NCBI GenBank assembly: GCA_023245155.1
Contig: JAHFKV010000001.1
Location: 527,323 to 591,322 of the forward strand
Reading direction: 5' to 3'
Source: Candidatus Staskawiczbacteria bacterium
GTDB taxonomy: Bacteria > Patescibacteriota > Minisyncoccia > Minisyncoccales > Staskawiczbacteraceae
Length of the DNA stretch: 64,000 bases
Position 1 is the first letter of the stretch. The number at the start of each line of letters is the position of its first letter. Both the position numbers and the translations under genes were made by a program. The notes under the pieces are model-generated. The model was given only the letters and a program-made list of their open reading frames with translations. It was not told where the DNA came from and did no database searches. This document shows positions 48,844-59,168 of the stretch, piece by piece.

Positions 48844-51252
48844 CTAACTGGATACCTTACCCGCGCTTAACGATTTTTCTTTCTCATATTCAAGCACGGC
48901 CATGGTGGTTTTAATAATAGCGTCTGATGATAACGAAATAGAATCAATCTCCTGGTCTATTAAGAATTTGGTAAATTCAATAAAGGTGCTGGGCGCATCA
49001 CCGCAAATACCCGAATACTTGCCCGCTTTTTTGCAAGCGGCAACGGCCTGAGAAATAAATGCTTTAACTGCTTCATTTTTTTCATTGGCAACATTGGTCA
49101 TTTCTGAATTATCACGGTCTAACCCCAGGGTAAATTGAGTTAAATCGTTTGAACCAATAGAAAAACCGTCAAACAATTCCAAGAATTTTTCCGCCAGCAC
49201 CACGTTGGCGGGAAGCTCACACATGACATACACCTTCAACCCATTTTCACCCTTCACCAATCCAGTCCCGTTCATCACTTCTAACACCCGGCGGCCCTCT
49301 TCAATAGTCCGGCACATGGGAATCATCACCTGTACATTATTAATGCCAAATTCTTCGCGGACTTTTTTAATGGCCTGGCATTCAAGCATAAAGGCCTGTT
49401 TAAAACTTTCATGGTAATAGCGCGAGGCGCCACGGAAACCCATCATGGGGTTTTCTTCATGCATTTCATACAATTCCCCGCCTATGAGCTGGCGGTATTC
49501 ATTGGTTTTAAAATCAGAAAAGCGTACAATTACTTGTTTGGGGTAAAAAGCCGCACCAATTTTACCCACCCCTTCAGCTAGTTTATCAACATAAAACTGT
49601 ATTTTATCTTCATAGCCCAATGTTAACGCATCAATTTTTTTCCTTAATGCGGGTTTGAGTTTTTTATAATCTATTAACGCATTGGGGTGGATTTTTATAG
49701 TGTTGGCAATGATAAATTCTTCTCGGGCCAGCCCCACGCCTTCATTGGGTATAAAACTGAGATTAAACGCCTGCGAAGGATCAGCCAAATTCATGGCAAT
49801 TTTGGTTTTAGGTTTTTGCAATTTTGAAATATCTATCTTTTTCACTTCAAACGGGATAATTCCCTCATAGGCAAAGCCTTCTTCGCCTCCCGAACAATCC
49901 ACCGTGACTTCTTTGCCAGTTTTGATAGTTTTAGTGGCATTGCCGGCCCCCACAATACAAGGAATGCCCAATTCGCGGGAAACAATAGCAGCATGGGCGG
50001 TACGGCCGCCCTGATCAGTAATAATGGCTGAAGCCAGTTTCATAGCCGGCACCCAATCAGGATCAGTCATGCCCGTCACTAACACTTCCCCTTTTTTAAA
50101 TTTATTAATATCTTTAGGGCTTAAAATCTTATTGGCTTTTCCGCTGCCGATTTTACTGCCTACACTCATACCTTTAACAACAGCTTTTAGTTTAGAACTT
50201 TCAGTTTTTAGTTTATATTCTTCTAGCACGCTTAAGTTGCGCCGGCTTTGCACGGTTTCCGGCCGGGCTTGGACAATGTATAATTTTCCAGAAATGCCAT
50301 CCTTAGCCCATTCCATATCCATCGGCTTTTGATAATGCTCTTCTACTAACATGGCCCAGCGCGCCAACTGCAAAATCTCTTCGTTATGGAGCACAAATCC
50401 TTGCCGTTCTTTTTGTGAAGTTTTTACGTTTTTAGTTGGAGCCTTGGGATTTTTTGTGTATTCCATTCTGATGAGTTTTGACCCGATTTTTTTCTGGATA
50501 ATCGGTTTGTGCCCAGTTTTTAAAGTTGTTTCAAACACATAATATTGATCCGGCTCCACCCGGCCCAAAACTACGTTTTCGCCCAATCCCCAGCTGGCGT
50601 TAATTAAAACCACATCGGCAAAGCCGCTTTCGGTATCACAGGAAAACATCACACCAGAAGCTCCCACATCGCTCCTGACCATTTTTTGGATGCCCGCCGA
50701 AAGCCCAACTTTAGTGTGGCCAAAACCCATTTCTTGCCGGTAAGCAATAGCGCGGTCTGTAAACAGTGATGCAAAACATTTTTTCACCGCTTCTAATACG
50801 TTTTGCTCGCCGGTAATATTCAAAAACGTTTCCTGTTGGCCCGCAAAACTGGCACCGGGCAAATCTTCAGCAGTGGCGGAAGAACGCACGGCAACATCGG
50901 TAGCCTCAGCACCATGTTCTTTTGATAACTCTCGATAAGCTGCAACAATTTCTTGCTGCAATTCCTGGTGCAGTTCTGCTTCCAAAATTAATTGGCGCAC
51001 CTGTTTGCCTTTTTCCTGTAATGATCCTAAATCGTGCACATTGATATCGTGCAAAATAACTTCTATTTTTGGTGTCAGTCCCGCTTTTTGTAAAAAATCA
51101 AAATAGGCATCGGCAGTGGTGGCAAAACCATTGGCTAAATTTACGCCGCGAGAAAGCAAATTATTATACATTTCACCCAAGGAAGCATTTTTTCCGCCCA
51201 CCACCGGAACATCTTTGATCCCAAGCTCCTTGAACCAGATTATATTCTTCAT
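48844..51252 (-). CDS. ppsA: Phosphoenolpyruvate synthase
   Basis: ATP-grasp N-domain, mobile His domain TDQGGRTAHAAIVSRELGIPCIVG, PEP-utilising C-terminal TIM domain; ~800 aa. Start at MKNIIWF. Confidence 0.8.
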   Translation of the reverse strand: MKNIIWFKELGIKDVPVVGGKNASLGEMYNNLLSRGVNLANGFATTADAYFDFLQKAGLTPKIEVILHDINVHDLGSLQEKGKQVRQLILEAELHQELQQEIVAAYRELSKEHGAEATDVAVRSSATAEDLPGASFAGQQETFLNITGEQNVLEAVKKCFASLFTDRAIAYRQEMGFGHTKVGLSAGIQKMVRSDVGASGVMFSCDTESGFADVVLINASWGLGENVVLGRVEPDQYYVFETTLKTGHKPIIQKKIGSKLIRMEYTKNPKAPTKNVKTSQKERQGFVLHNEEILQLARWAMLVEEHYQKPMDMEWAKDGISGKLYIVQARPETVQSRRNLSVLEEYKLKTESSKLKAVVKGMSVGSKIGSGKANKILSPKDINKFKKGEVLVTGMTDPDWVPAMKLASAIITDQGGRTAHAAIVSRELGIPCIVGAGNATKTIKTGKEVTVDCSGGEEGFAYEGIIPFEVKKIDISKLQKPKTKIAMNLADPSQAFNLSFIPNEGVGLAREEFIIANTIKIHPNALIDYKKLKPALRKKIDALTLGYEDKIQFYVDKLAEGVGKIGAAFYPKQVIVRFSDFKTNEYRQLIGGELYEMHEENPMMGFRGASRYYHESFKQAFMLECQAIKKVREEFGINNVQVMIPMCRTIEEGRRVLEVMNGTGLVKGENGLKVYVMCELPANVVLAEKFLELFDGFSIGSNDLTQFTLGLDRDNSEMTNVANEKNEAVKAFISQAVAACKKAGKYSGICGDAPSTFIEFTKFLIDQEIDSISLSSDAIIKTTMAVLEYEKEKSLSAGKVSS

Positions 51253-52220
51253 AATAGTTTTTTGGCCACAAATTCTGTAAATTCTGCCAGTCGGCAGGAG
51301 AATCCCCATTCGTTATCATACCATCCCACCACTTTCACCATATTTCCGTTGACCATGGTAAGGCCTGCGTCAACAATAGAAGAATAACTGTCACCCTTGA
51401 AATCACCGGAAACTAATTCTTGGTCTTCCACCCGGAAAATGCCCTTGAAAGAATCTTTCTTGGCGGCCAGTTCAAACACCTCATTCACTTCTTCTTTGGT
51501 GGTTTTACGGCCAACTTCCACTACCAAATCTAAGCTGGAAACCACCGGCGTGGGTACGCGCATAGAGATGCCGTCCAACTTTCCATCAAGGTCGGGAATC
51601 ATTTTTCCAATGGCCTTAGCTGCTCCAGTACTGGTGGGAATAATATTAATGGCTGCGGCTCGAGCCCGCCGTAAATCTTTGTGGGGCAAGTCTAGAATTT
51701 TCTGGTCATTAGTGTAACTGTGGACCGTGGTCATAAACCCCTTCACAATTCCGAAGTTCTCATGCAAAATTTTGGCAATGGGAGCTAAACAATTCGTAGT
51801 ACACGAACCCATATCAATGACATTATCAGCATGTATATCAAAATATTCCGTGTTAACACCAAGAATATATCCTGCACAATCTTTGCAAGGCCCCGAAACA
51901 ATCACTTTTTTCGCACCCGCGGTAATATGTTTTTGACCACCCTCTTTGTTCGTAAAAAGCCCAGTGCACTCTAAAACAATATCCACGCCTAGTTCTTTCC
52001 AAGGCAATTTTTCGGGATCTTTTTCCGCTAACACTTTTACGCTAGCCAGATTTCCATCAAAAAAGCCATAATTTGAATCGTATCTAAGCAAGTGGGTTAG
52101 CGTGTCAATATCGGTTAAATCATTCACTGCCACCACCTTCAAATCAGGATACTTTTCTAGAATCCTGCGGAATACCTGCCGGCCAATGCGGCCAAAACCG
52201 TTAATTGCAATTTTTGCCAT
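51249..52220 (-). CDS. gap: Glyceraldehyde-3-phosphate dehydrogenase
   Basis: INGFGRIGR NAD motif, active-site SCTTNCLAP. Confidence 0.9.
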   Translation of the reverse strand: MAKIAINGFGRIGRQVFRRILEKYPDLKVVAVNDLTDIDTLTHLLRYDSNYGFFDGNLASVKVLAEKDPEKLPWKELGVDIVLECTGLFTNKEGGQKHITAGAKKVIVSGPCKDCAGYILGVNTEYFDIHADNVIDMGSCTTNCLAPIAKILHENFGIVKGFMTTVHSYTNDQKILDLPHKDLRRARAAAINIIPTSTGAAKAIGKMIPDLDGKLDGISMRVPTPVVSSLDLVVEVGRKTTKEEVNEVFELAAKKDSFKGIFRVEDQELVSGDFKGDSYSSIVDAGLTMVNGNMVKVVGWYDNEWGFSCRLAEFTEFVAKKLL

Positions 52221-52243
52221 GGTTATTATTGCTTGTATCTTGG

Positions 52244-52474
52244 CTATTTCAACTTCAGGATTTCATCAATACGGACGCGGTCAAAACCAATCACCACTTC
52301 CCCATCCAAATCAACTACGGGAACGCCCATTTGCCCGGAAATGGCTACCATTTTTTCCAATTCTTTTTCATTGGAAGCCACATCAATCTCCTGGAACTTG
52401 ATATTTTTTTCCGTAAAATATTCTTTCAAGCTTTTGCAATACACGCACGTTGGCGTGGAGTAAATGGTAATCAT
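52244..52474 (-). CDS. Glutaredoxin/NrdH-like small redoxin
   Basis: MITIYSTPTCVYCKSLKEYF.. CxxC (CVYC) thioredoxin fold, ~77 aa from internal Met. Confidence 0.7.
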   Translation of the reverse strand: MITIYSTPTCVYCKSLKEYFTEKNIKFQEIDVASNEKELEKMVAISGQMGVPVVDLDGEVVIGFDRVRIDEILKLK

Positions 52475-52475
52475 C

Positions 52476-53555
52476 TTAGTTGGTAGCGGGCGCGCAATTG
52501 GCCGCGTTGGTTGAAGCAGGGGCGGCGGAGGCGGACGCATAGGTCAGTGAAAATGAAGTAGCAGCAGGAGTTGTATCTAAGGTTGTTGAACAAAATGATG
52601 GCGCAGTCTTAGACCCATCGCACACCATTTTTTTCATAGCTTCTGCCGTTCTTCCTCCAAAACCGCTTTCTGAGGTAACCACATTATTTAAAATTAAGGT
52701 TGGAGATCCAGCAACCGGACAGCTGTTCGGATTGGCCTTGCAGGCTGGGGTATCGTTGAACTTTGCAGCAATGCTAAAATCTTGCTGGGCGTAAGCCAGT
52801 CCCTTAGCGGGGTCGGTAACGCAGGCATTTAACTTGGCTGTATCAATCCCAGCGGTAGTCTGGCATGATTTGGTGTCACCATAGGGCATCCCATTAGGCA
52901 TATTGCCTGCCAATTTTTGCATGTAGCAGCCAACATAGTTCCAATATTTGACGGGCTGTTCCTCGCGAATACAAATCTGGCGCAAGTTTTCTTTAGCTTC
53001 TTCCACTCCGTGCATAGAAACAATCACGCCGTTGGAAACGGACCCCAAGTAAAGCACTTTAATGTGTTCAGCTAATGCAGGGATGGCCTTAACGGCGGCA
53101 ACCAAAGCCCGTTGCACTTGCAACCCAAATGGGCAGTCGCTTACCACATAAGCTTGAAGCATGGCTTTATCGGCTTTCACTAAAGGCGCGGGAGTTTGGG
53201 TGGCTGCTTGTTGGCTAGAACCGCCGGTTATCTCAAAAGCTTCAGGGAAAAATAATCTTCCATCCGTGGTAACATAGCTGGTCACGGTGTCAGATTGGGC
53301 TCCACTGGTTACTTTCACCCCGAGTTTTATAATCCCGCTTTCTTGTGAAACAGAATCAATACTGGCCACGCGGCCTCCTGAAAGCAGATTGGCATTAATG
53401 TAATCAATGGATTTTTGGGCCACCTGGTTAGCGGTCATGCCAACCGGTTTTAGCCGGGGCAGCATGCCTGCAAAACTAGACTGGTTAAATAGCAAAAGCC
53501 CGGTAATAATAATTCCCAAAACCGCCAGCCCCAAAAGCACTTTATCTTTATTCAT
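52476..53555 (-). CDS. Secreted hypothetical protein (possible thiol-disulfide oxidoreductase-like), adjacent to glutaredoxin
   Basis: Signal peptide, multiple Cys, DCPFG segment; no firm motif. Confidence 0.4.
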   Translation of the reverse strand: MNKDKVLLGLAVLGIIITGLLLFNQSSFAGMLPRLKPVGMTANQVAQKSIDYINANLLSGGRVASIDSVSQESGIIKLGVKVTSGAQSDTVTSYVTTDGRLFFPEAFEITGGSSQQAATQTPAPLVKADKAMLQAYVVSDCPFGLQVQRALVAAVKAIPALAEHIKVLYLGSVSNGVIVSMHGVEEAKENLRQICIREEQPVKYWNYVGCYMQKLAGNMPNGMPYGDTKSCQTTAGIDTAKLNACVTDPAKGLAYAQQDFSIAAKFNDTPACKANPNSCPVAGSPTLILNNVVTSESGFGGRTAEAMKKMVCDGSKTAPSFCSTTLDTTPAATSFSLTYASASAAPASTNAANCAPATN

Positions 53556-53622
53556 ATGAAAAAAATTAATAATATACGTTCTGTTACTACTAAGTATAAC
53601 CTATTTAAGGTGCAATGCAAAT

Positions 53623-54291
53623 TTACTGTTTTGTGAATAACTTTCCGTCAAATTCATATGTTGTGAGCGACCCAAAACCCAATTCCACATTAATCATTTC
53701 TTCATCCGGAATATTTTCAATATGCTTTACAATCGCCCGTAAGCTGTGGTGGCTGGCACATACCAACACATTTTTCCCCTCTTTCAAATCTTTCTCAATA
53801 TATTTTTGATAAAACGGAATCACCCGCTTGTAAATATCTGGTCCTGCTTCTCCTCCGGGAGGCGCAGAAGTATAGGATGTCCTCCACTCTTTCACTTGAT
53901 CTTCCCCATATTTTATTTTCGCTTCAGCCTTATTCATCCCTTGAAGTTCGCCATAGTAACGCTCATTTAATGCTTCTGTCACATACACCGGCAAATAATT
54001 TCCAGCTTTACCATCGATAAAATTGGCCCAATCTTTCATTCTACCTTCTGTCAAATAACGAAATAACGGATAACGCTCGGGAATGTAATCATAAATTCTT
54101 AACAAGGTTTCTGTGGCGCGAATTAACGCACCCGAATACGCCACATCAATTTTTTCTTTGGCTATTAATGGTGCGATATCTTTTGCCTGTTCTTTTCCCA
54201 CGTCAGAAAGTGGATTATCGCACCACCCCGCCCAAATATCCAGTTTATTCCACTGACTCTTTAAATGCCGCTGTAAAAATAATTTTGCCAT
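53623..54291 (-). CDS. Phosphoglycerate-mutase-family histidine phosphatase (dPGM-like, divergent RHL for RHG)
   Basis: LQRHLKSQWN.., catalytic His region HHSLRA; 222 aa. Confidence 0.65.
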   Translation of the reverse strand: MAKLFLQRHLKSQWNKLDIWAGWCDNPLSDVGKEQAKDIAPLIAKEKIDVAYSGALIRATETLLRIYDYIPERYPLFRYLTEGRMKDWANFIDGKAGNYLPVYVTEALNERYYGELQGMNKAEAKIKYGEDQVKEWRTSYTSAPPGGEAGPDIYKRVIPFYQKYIEKDLKEGKNVLVCASHHSLRAIVKHIENIPDEEMINVELGFGSLTTYEFDGKLFTKQ

Positions 54292-54293
54292 AG

Positions 54294-54935
54294 TTATTTC
54301 TTATTTATTTTATTAATTCCTTCAGCTTCTTTAATAATAAATTCTACTCCATTAGATTCCAGTTTAATATGAGCTCCATTCTCAATGCCTTCCCAAGGCA
54401 GGTCATCATAACTAGCCCACCCCAAGTGAATTAACAGCGCCCTCATCATTCCATTATGCGTGACCACTAGAATTGTTTTCCCAGGATAAGTTACCGCAAT
54501 TTCACGCAATATAGTAATAAACCGAACCAAAACTTCTTCATCGCTTTCTACTTCATCAGAAATCTTGAATTTCCGATTTTCCTCTTCAGTCAGTTTTTCT
54601 AACTTTTCAAGAATCGCTTTATTTTCTTCTTCATATATTTTTCTAGACCCGCCTTCGTATTTACCCAGAAACTTTTCCCGTAAAAGTTTGGTAGTATTAA
54701 CTACGAGCTTGTGCTCCATATTTATAATTTCTGCAGTTTGCTTGGCCCGCGATAAATCAGAAGAAAAAATAACATCAAAAGTAGCATCTTTAAATTTTTC
54801 TGATACGGACTTTGCTTGCTTCTTTCCTTTTTCATTGAGCACCGAATCGCTTTGTCCTTGAACAATATTTTTTACATTCCAATCCGTTTCACCATGACGA
54901 ACAATGTATATGGTCGCGTATTCAGATGCTGCCAT
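54294..54935 (-). CDS. Histidine phosphatase (phosphoglycerate mutase family)
   Basis: IYIVRHGETDWN RHG motif and second His VTHNGMMRAL. Confidence 0.7.
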   Translation of the reverse strand: MAASEYATIYIVRHGETDWNVKNIVQGQSDSVLNEKGKKQAKSVSEKFKDATFDVIFSSDLSRAKQTAEIINMEHKLVVNTTKLLREKFLGKYEGGSRKIYEEENKAILEKLEKLTEEENRKFKISDEVESDEEVLVRFITILREIAVTYPGKTILVVTHNGMMRALLIHLGWASYDDLPWEGIENGAHIKLESNGVEFIIKEAEGINKINKK

Positions 54936-54936
54936 G

Positions 54937-56148
54937 TTATTTTTTACTCAATTCTTGTTCAATCGCCAACAACCTATCATACTTCACAATACGTACATCT
55001 TTGGTGTATGCTCCCGTCTTGATAAAATCCGCACCAACGCCTACGGCCAAATCCGCAATAAAGCTGTCCATCGTTTCCCCGCTGCGGTGCGAAACCATAA
55101 TCTTCCAGCCGTAACCCTTAGACATATTAATAGCGTCAATCGTTTCAGAAACCGTACCAATTTGGTTGACTTTGATAATAATTCCGTTACAAGCTTTTTT
55201 GCTTTCGGCTTCTTTGATGCGCCTTACATTAGTGGTGGTTAAGTCGTCCCCAATAATAATTACTTCTGGTAAAGCCTTATGAATTTCTTTGAATCCTTCC
55301 CAATCCTCCTCAGCAAAGGCATCTTCGATGGACAAAATAGGAAAACGCGCTACTAAATCTTTGTAAAATTCAACCATTTCCGTGCGGCTTAAAGCTTTAC
55401 CTTCTTCCACTTCATATTTTCCGTCTCTATAAAATTCTGATGCAGCGCAATCCAAGGCAATTTTTACGTCTTGGTGGGCCCCAATAGCACTTTTAATTAA
55501 CAGTAATGCCTGCTCGGCCGTGGCAATTTGCGGTGCATACCCGCCCTCGTCGCCCATTTCCGGCACACCAGCTGGAGTTTGTTTTAATAATTCCGTCAAA
55601 GCATTAAAAACTGTACTTCCTAGCACTAAATTTTCTTGGAACGTTTTTTTCATGGGCACCACCATAAATTCCTGCAACTCCAATTCGTTTTTTGCGTGAG
55701 CTCCGCCATTCAATATATTAAAACTCGGAAGCGGTATGCCAATTTTGTTACTAGAGATATTTGAAAGATGCTGATACAGAGGTATTTTCTTTGCAGCCGC
55801 TCCCGCCCTGGCAACAGCCATGGAAACCGGCAAAATAGCGTTAGCTCCCAATTTTGATTTATTAGGCGTGCCATCCAAAGCCAGCATTAAGTCATCAATC
55901 TCTTTTTGATTACTCGGATCCATTCCCAACAACTTTGGCGCAATAATTTCGTTGACATTGGCAATGGCTCTACTAACTCCCCTTTTGTCATTGTCTCGCA
56001 ATTCCAAAGCCTCATTAGCTCCTGTTGAAGCCCCGCTTGGGCAAGAGGCAATAAATTCACCTTTTTCGGTTGTTAAAACAACTTCCACGGTTGGTTTTCC
56101 CCGTGAATCTTTTATCTCCCGCGCAATAATTTCTTTTATTTTACTCAT
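54937..56148 (-). CDS. eno: Enolase
   Basis: SIEDAFAEEDW.., IKVNQIGT, SHRSGETMD signature blocks. Confidence 0.9.
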   Translation of the reverse strand: MSKIKEIIAREIKDSRGKPTVEVVLTTEKGEFIASCPSGASTGANEALELRDNDKRGVSRAIANVNEIIAPKLLGMDPSNQKEIDDLMLALDGTPNKSKLGANAILPVSMAVARAGAAAKKIPLYQHLSNISSNKIGIPLPSFNILNGGAHAKNELELQEFMVVPMKKTFQENLVLGSTVFNALTELLKQTPAGVPEMGDEGGYAPQIATAEQALLLIKSAIGAHQDVKIALDCAASEFYRDGKYEVEEGKALSRTEMVEFYKDLVARFPILSIEDAFAEEDWEGFKEIHKALPEVIIIGDDLTTTNVRRIKEAESKKACNGIIIKVNQIGTVSETIDAINMSKGYGWKIMVSHRSGETMDSFIADLAVGVGADFIKTGAYTKDVRIVKYDRLLAIEQELSKK

Positions 56149-56227
56149 CTTTTTTATTATTACTTATTCTTCTTAATACCACTCTATTTATATTTTCAAT
56201 GTCTGGTATCAGTGAAAGTTAGTACTG

Positions 56228-57166
56228 CTAGCTAACTTTCCTGATATAATTATACGCACTCAATGCCGCTTTGGCGCCTTCCCCCGATGCCATGACGATT
56301 TGTTTGTAGCGGCTGACATTGCAATCCCCGGCTGAAAATAGTCCTGGGGTTTTTGTTTCCAAAGTTTCTGAACTGGCCACCACAATTTCTTTTTTGTCGT
56401 TTAATTCTACCAAGTCCCCCAAAAAGTTCGTCGCTGGACTATACCCGATTTCCACAAACACACCATTTACAACCAAGGTTTTTTCAGTTACCGATTCGCG
56501 CGAATTGGTAACTGACATGTCTTGATAGGTAATTGACTCAACAAACACTTTTCCCTCAATGCGCGCCACTTTCGCGTTCGTGATAATTTCAATATTTGGA
56601 TTTTTAGCAACCAACTCTTGATTTTCCGCATCGGCATTTATTCTGTCACCATATTCTAAAATCGTCACGTGTTTGACATAATTGGACAAAAACAAAGCTG
56701 ACTCAAACCCATTATTCCCTCCACCCACCACCGCCACGGTTTTATTTTTGTAAATTGGCCCATCACAAAGTGAACAGTAGCTGACGCCCTTGCCCGAAAA
56801 TTCTTCTTCGCCCGGCACATTAATTAATTTTGATTTAGCGCCGCTGGTTACAATCACAGAAATGGCTTCATGCACTTTTCCAGATGCGACTGAAGCCCAA
56901 AACTTATTATCTTTTTTTTCAATTCCGACAACCTCATCAATCACCACTTCAAGTTCATTAGCCTTAATCTGCTTTTTATACAATTCAACCAAATCCGGCC
57001 CAGAGATTTTTTCAAATCCCGGATAGTTCTCAATATCCACCGCTTTTTTGGCTACTTGGCCGCCTACATCTTTAGAAATAATCAGGATATTCAGCTTTTG
57101 CCGGGCCGCATACACTCCTGCCGCCACCCCCGCCGGCCCTGCGCCTATTATTATGAGATCATACAT
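56228..57166 (-). CDS. trxB: Thioredoxin reductase
   Basis: FAD motif IIGAGPAG, redox CSLCDG, NADPH motif VVGGGN. Confidence 0.85.
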   Translation of the reverse strand: MYDLIIIGAGPAGVAAGVYAARQKLNILIISKDVGGQVAKKAVDIENYPGFEKISGPDLVELYKKQIKANELEVVIDEVVGIEKKDNKFWASVASGKVHEAISVIVTSGAKSKLINVPGEEEFSGKGVSYCSLCDGPIYKNKTVAVVGGGNNGFESALFLSNYVKHVTILEYGDRINADAENQELVAKNPNIEIITNAKVARIEGKVFVESITYQDMSVTNSRESVTEKTLVVNGVFVEIGYSPATNFLGDLVELNDKKEIVVASSETLETKTPGLFSAGDCNVSRYKQIVMASGEGAKAALSAYNYIRKVS

Positions 57167-58143
57167 GAATTTATTGTTTTCCCTTTTTGAAATGCTTGAA
57201 TATTTTCCACCGTGGTCTCTAAAATCCTTTCTAATGCTTCTTTTGAATTAAAGGCATTATGAGGAGTGATAATCACATTATCCATTTCCATTAACACGTG
57301 ATCTTCCAGCAATGTTTTAATGTCTGCGCTTCTTCCGGAAACCAAAAGATGCGCTTCTTCTTTAATAGCTGCCTCTTCTTCCAATACATCCAGCCCGACG
57401 CCAGCCAAAATCTGCTCTTTTAAGGCTTCTACCAGAGCTTCTGTTTCCACAATCCCCCCGCGGGCCGTGTTAATCAAATAAGCTCCCTTTTTGATGGTAT
57501 GAATATTACTTTTATTAATTAAATGATGAGTGTGTTCGTTATGAGGAACATGTAATGTAATAATGTCGGATTGTTTTAATACATCTTCAAAAGAAACATA
57601 GGTTAAGCCCAATTGTTTGGCTAATTTTTTATCTTCTTTCGGGTCAAACGCAATCACATTCATTTCAAAGCCTGCACCGATATGAGCCACGCGCTGGCCG
57701 ATATGCCCCAGTCCCACAATACCCAAGGTTTTACCCTTTAAATCAAATCCGGTTAAGCCCTCAAATGAAAATCCTTGCTCTTTGACGCGCGCAATAGACT
57801 GATGGATTTTCCGGGACAAATCTAAAATGAGCCCAAAAGTATGTTCAGCTACCGTGTTTTCGCCATAGTGAGGAACATTGCAAACAATAACGCCCCTTGC
57901 TTTGCAGGCAACCACATCCACATTATCAAAGCCCGTTGCCCGTACGGTGATCATTTTCAAACTCGTTAATTTTTCCAGCGTGTGCGTATCTATTTTTGAA
58001 TCAACAAAAATAGAAACGACTTCTGCGTCTCTTGCTTGTTCTGCGGAAAATGTTCCAGAAAAAAAAGCGGCATCGGAAAATATTCTTCCCAAATACTCTT
58101 TTTCCCAATCCCTCACTTCAAAAAATACTATTTTATTTGGCAT
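57151..58143 (-). CDS. D-isomer-specific 2-hydroxyacid dehydrogenase (NAD-dependent)
   Basis: GIVGLGHIGQ Rossmann motif, catalytic R/E/H arrangement, ~330 aa. Confidence 0.8.
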   Translation of the reverse strand: MPNKIVFFEVRDWEKEYLGRIFSDAAFFSGTFSAEQARDAEVVSIFVDSKIDTHTLEKLTSLKMITVRATGFDNVDVVACKARGVIVCNVPHYGENTVAEHTFGLILDLSRKIHQSIARVKEQGFSFEGLTGFDLKGKTLGIVGLGHIGQRVAHIGAGFEMNVIAFDPKEDKKLAKQLGLTYVSFEDVLKQSDIITLHVPHNEHTHHLINKSNIHTIKKGAYLINTARGGIVETEALVEALKEQILAGVGLDVLEEEAAIKEEAHLLVSGRSADIKTLLEDHVLMEMDNVIITPHNAFNSKEALERILETTVENIQAFQKGKTINSCMIS

Positions 58144-58782
58144 ATGTGGCTATCTTACAATAATTTTGCAAAAAAATAAACAGTGGAAACTGTTTTCATA
58201 AAGTGAAAGGCGGCAACAGTTTCACTTCGTCATTGGCTTGACGATGTGATTCCGTTGCCGCTTCGACAAGAGGTGTGCGCCATTCATGGCTGAAGACGAC
58301 GACCTCCGAGGTCATCAATCGATGCATTGGCCAAAGGTGGCCATCTGGCCTTCCTTCTTCACGAGTTGACGTCGCTCGACGCTTCGGTGGTGGTGGTGCT
58401 GGCCTGCGCGGCCAGCGGGAACGCCTTGATGGGGATGGTTTTGGACGCGACTGCGGATTGACCGCAGCGCAACAAGAGTTTCGTACGTCGCATCATCGGA
58501 GGACTCCTTCACAAAAGGGTCAACAAGAGGCACGCACCGTGTCGTGGAGTTACTTCCACGAACCGGCTTAATCAGGGCTCAATACTTTAAGCCATAATCA
58601 AGCAGGTCGTGAAAGTTCAACTCTTATTATTTCAATGTGCTAATAACTATTAAATAAATATACTACTTTCAAAAAATTCGGCAACCATAAAACTGTGGAT
58701 AACTTCTAACGCAGATATCTTATGCATATAATAAAGAAAGACCTCGGACGCGCGTATCCGAGGTCATTGGAAATGGTGCCGC

Positions 58783-59136
58783 CTAGCTGCTGCCGGAAGT
58801 GTCAAACTGTTGGAAGTTCAACACTTTTCTTTTCGGGGAATCCACCTTCAAGACGTTTAGGCGATAGATCCCCTTCTTGCTAACCAAGAAGGTCACTACC
58901 AACCTTTCGGCTTCCTCGGTGGGCGACAGGGTCTCAACCTTATACTTCGGAGTCACTAATTCGAGAATAACTTTCCCGTCCTGTGGCCTCTTCTCTACTT
59001 CGACATGGGCGAACCCATCTCTGATAACAATCTTGATCTTGGGCCCCGGGTCGGGCTTTTTGCGCTCGAAGGTGGCGCCCCCCACTAATACCACAACCAA
59101 CAAAACCAAACTGACCTTCAAAAGTGTGTGCAACAT
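58783..59136 (-). CDS. GC-rich hypothetical membrane-anchored protein (probable acquired gene)
   Basis: N-terminal TM LLKVSLVLLVVVLVGG; ~50% GC; GGGAGA SD-like 8 nt upstream of ATG; lies in GC-rich island 58200-59160. Confidence 0.4.
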   Translation of the reverse strand: MLHTLLKVSLVLLVVVLVGGATFERKKPDPGPKIKIVIRDGFAHVEVEKRPQDGKVILELVTPKYKVETLSPTEEAERLVVTFLVSKKGIYRLNVLKVDSPKRKVLNFQQFDTSGSS

Positions 59137-59168
59137 GCGTGTCTCCCGTGAAAAAGGTGAATGTGCTG

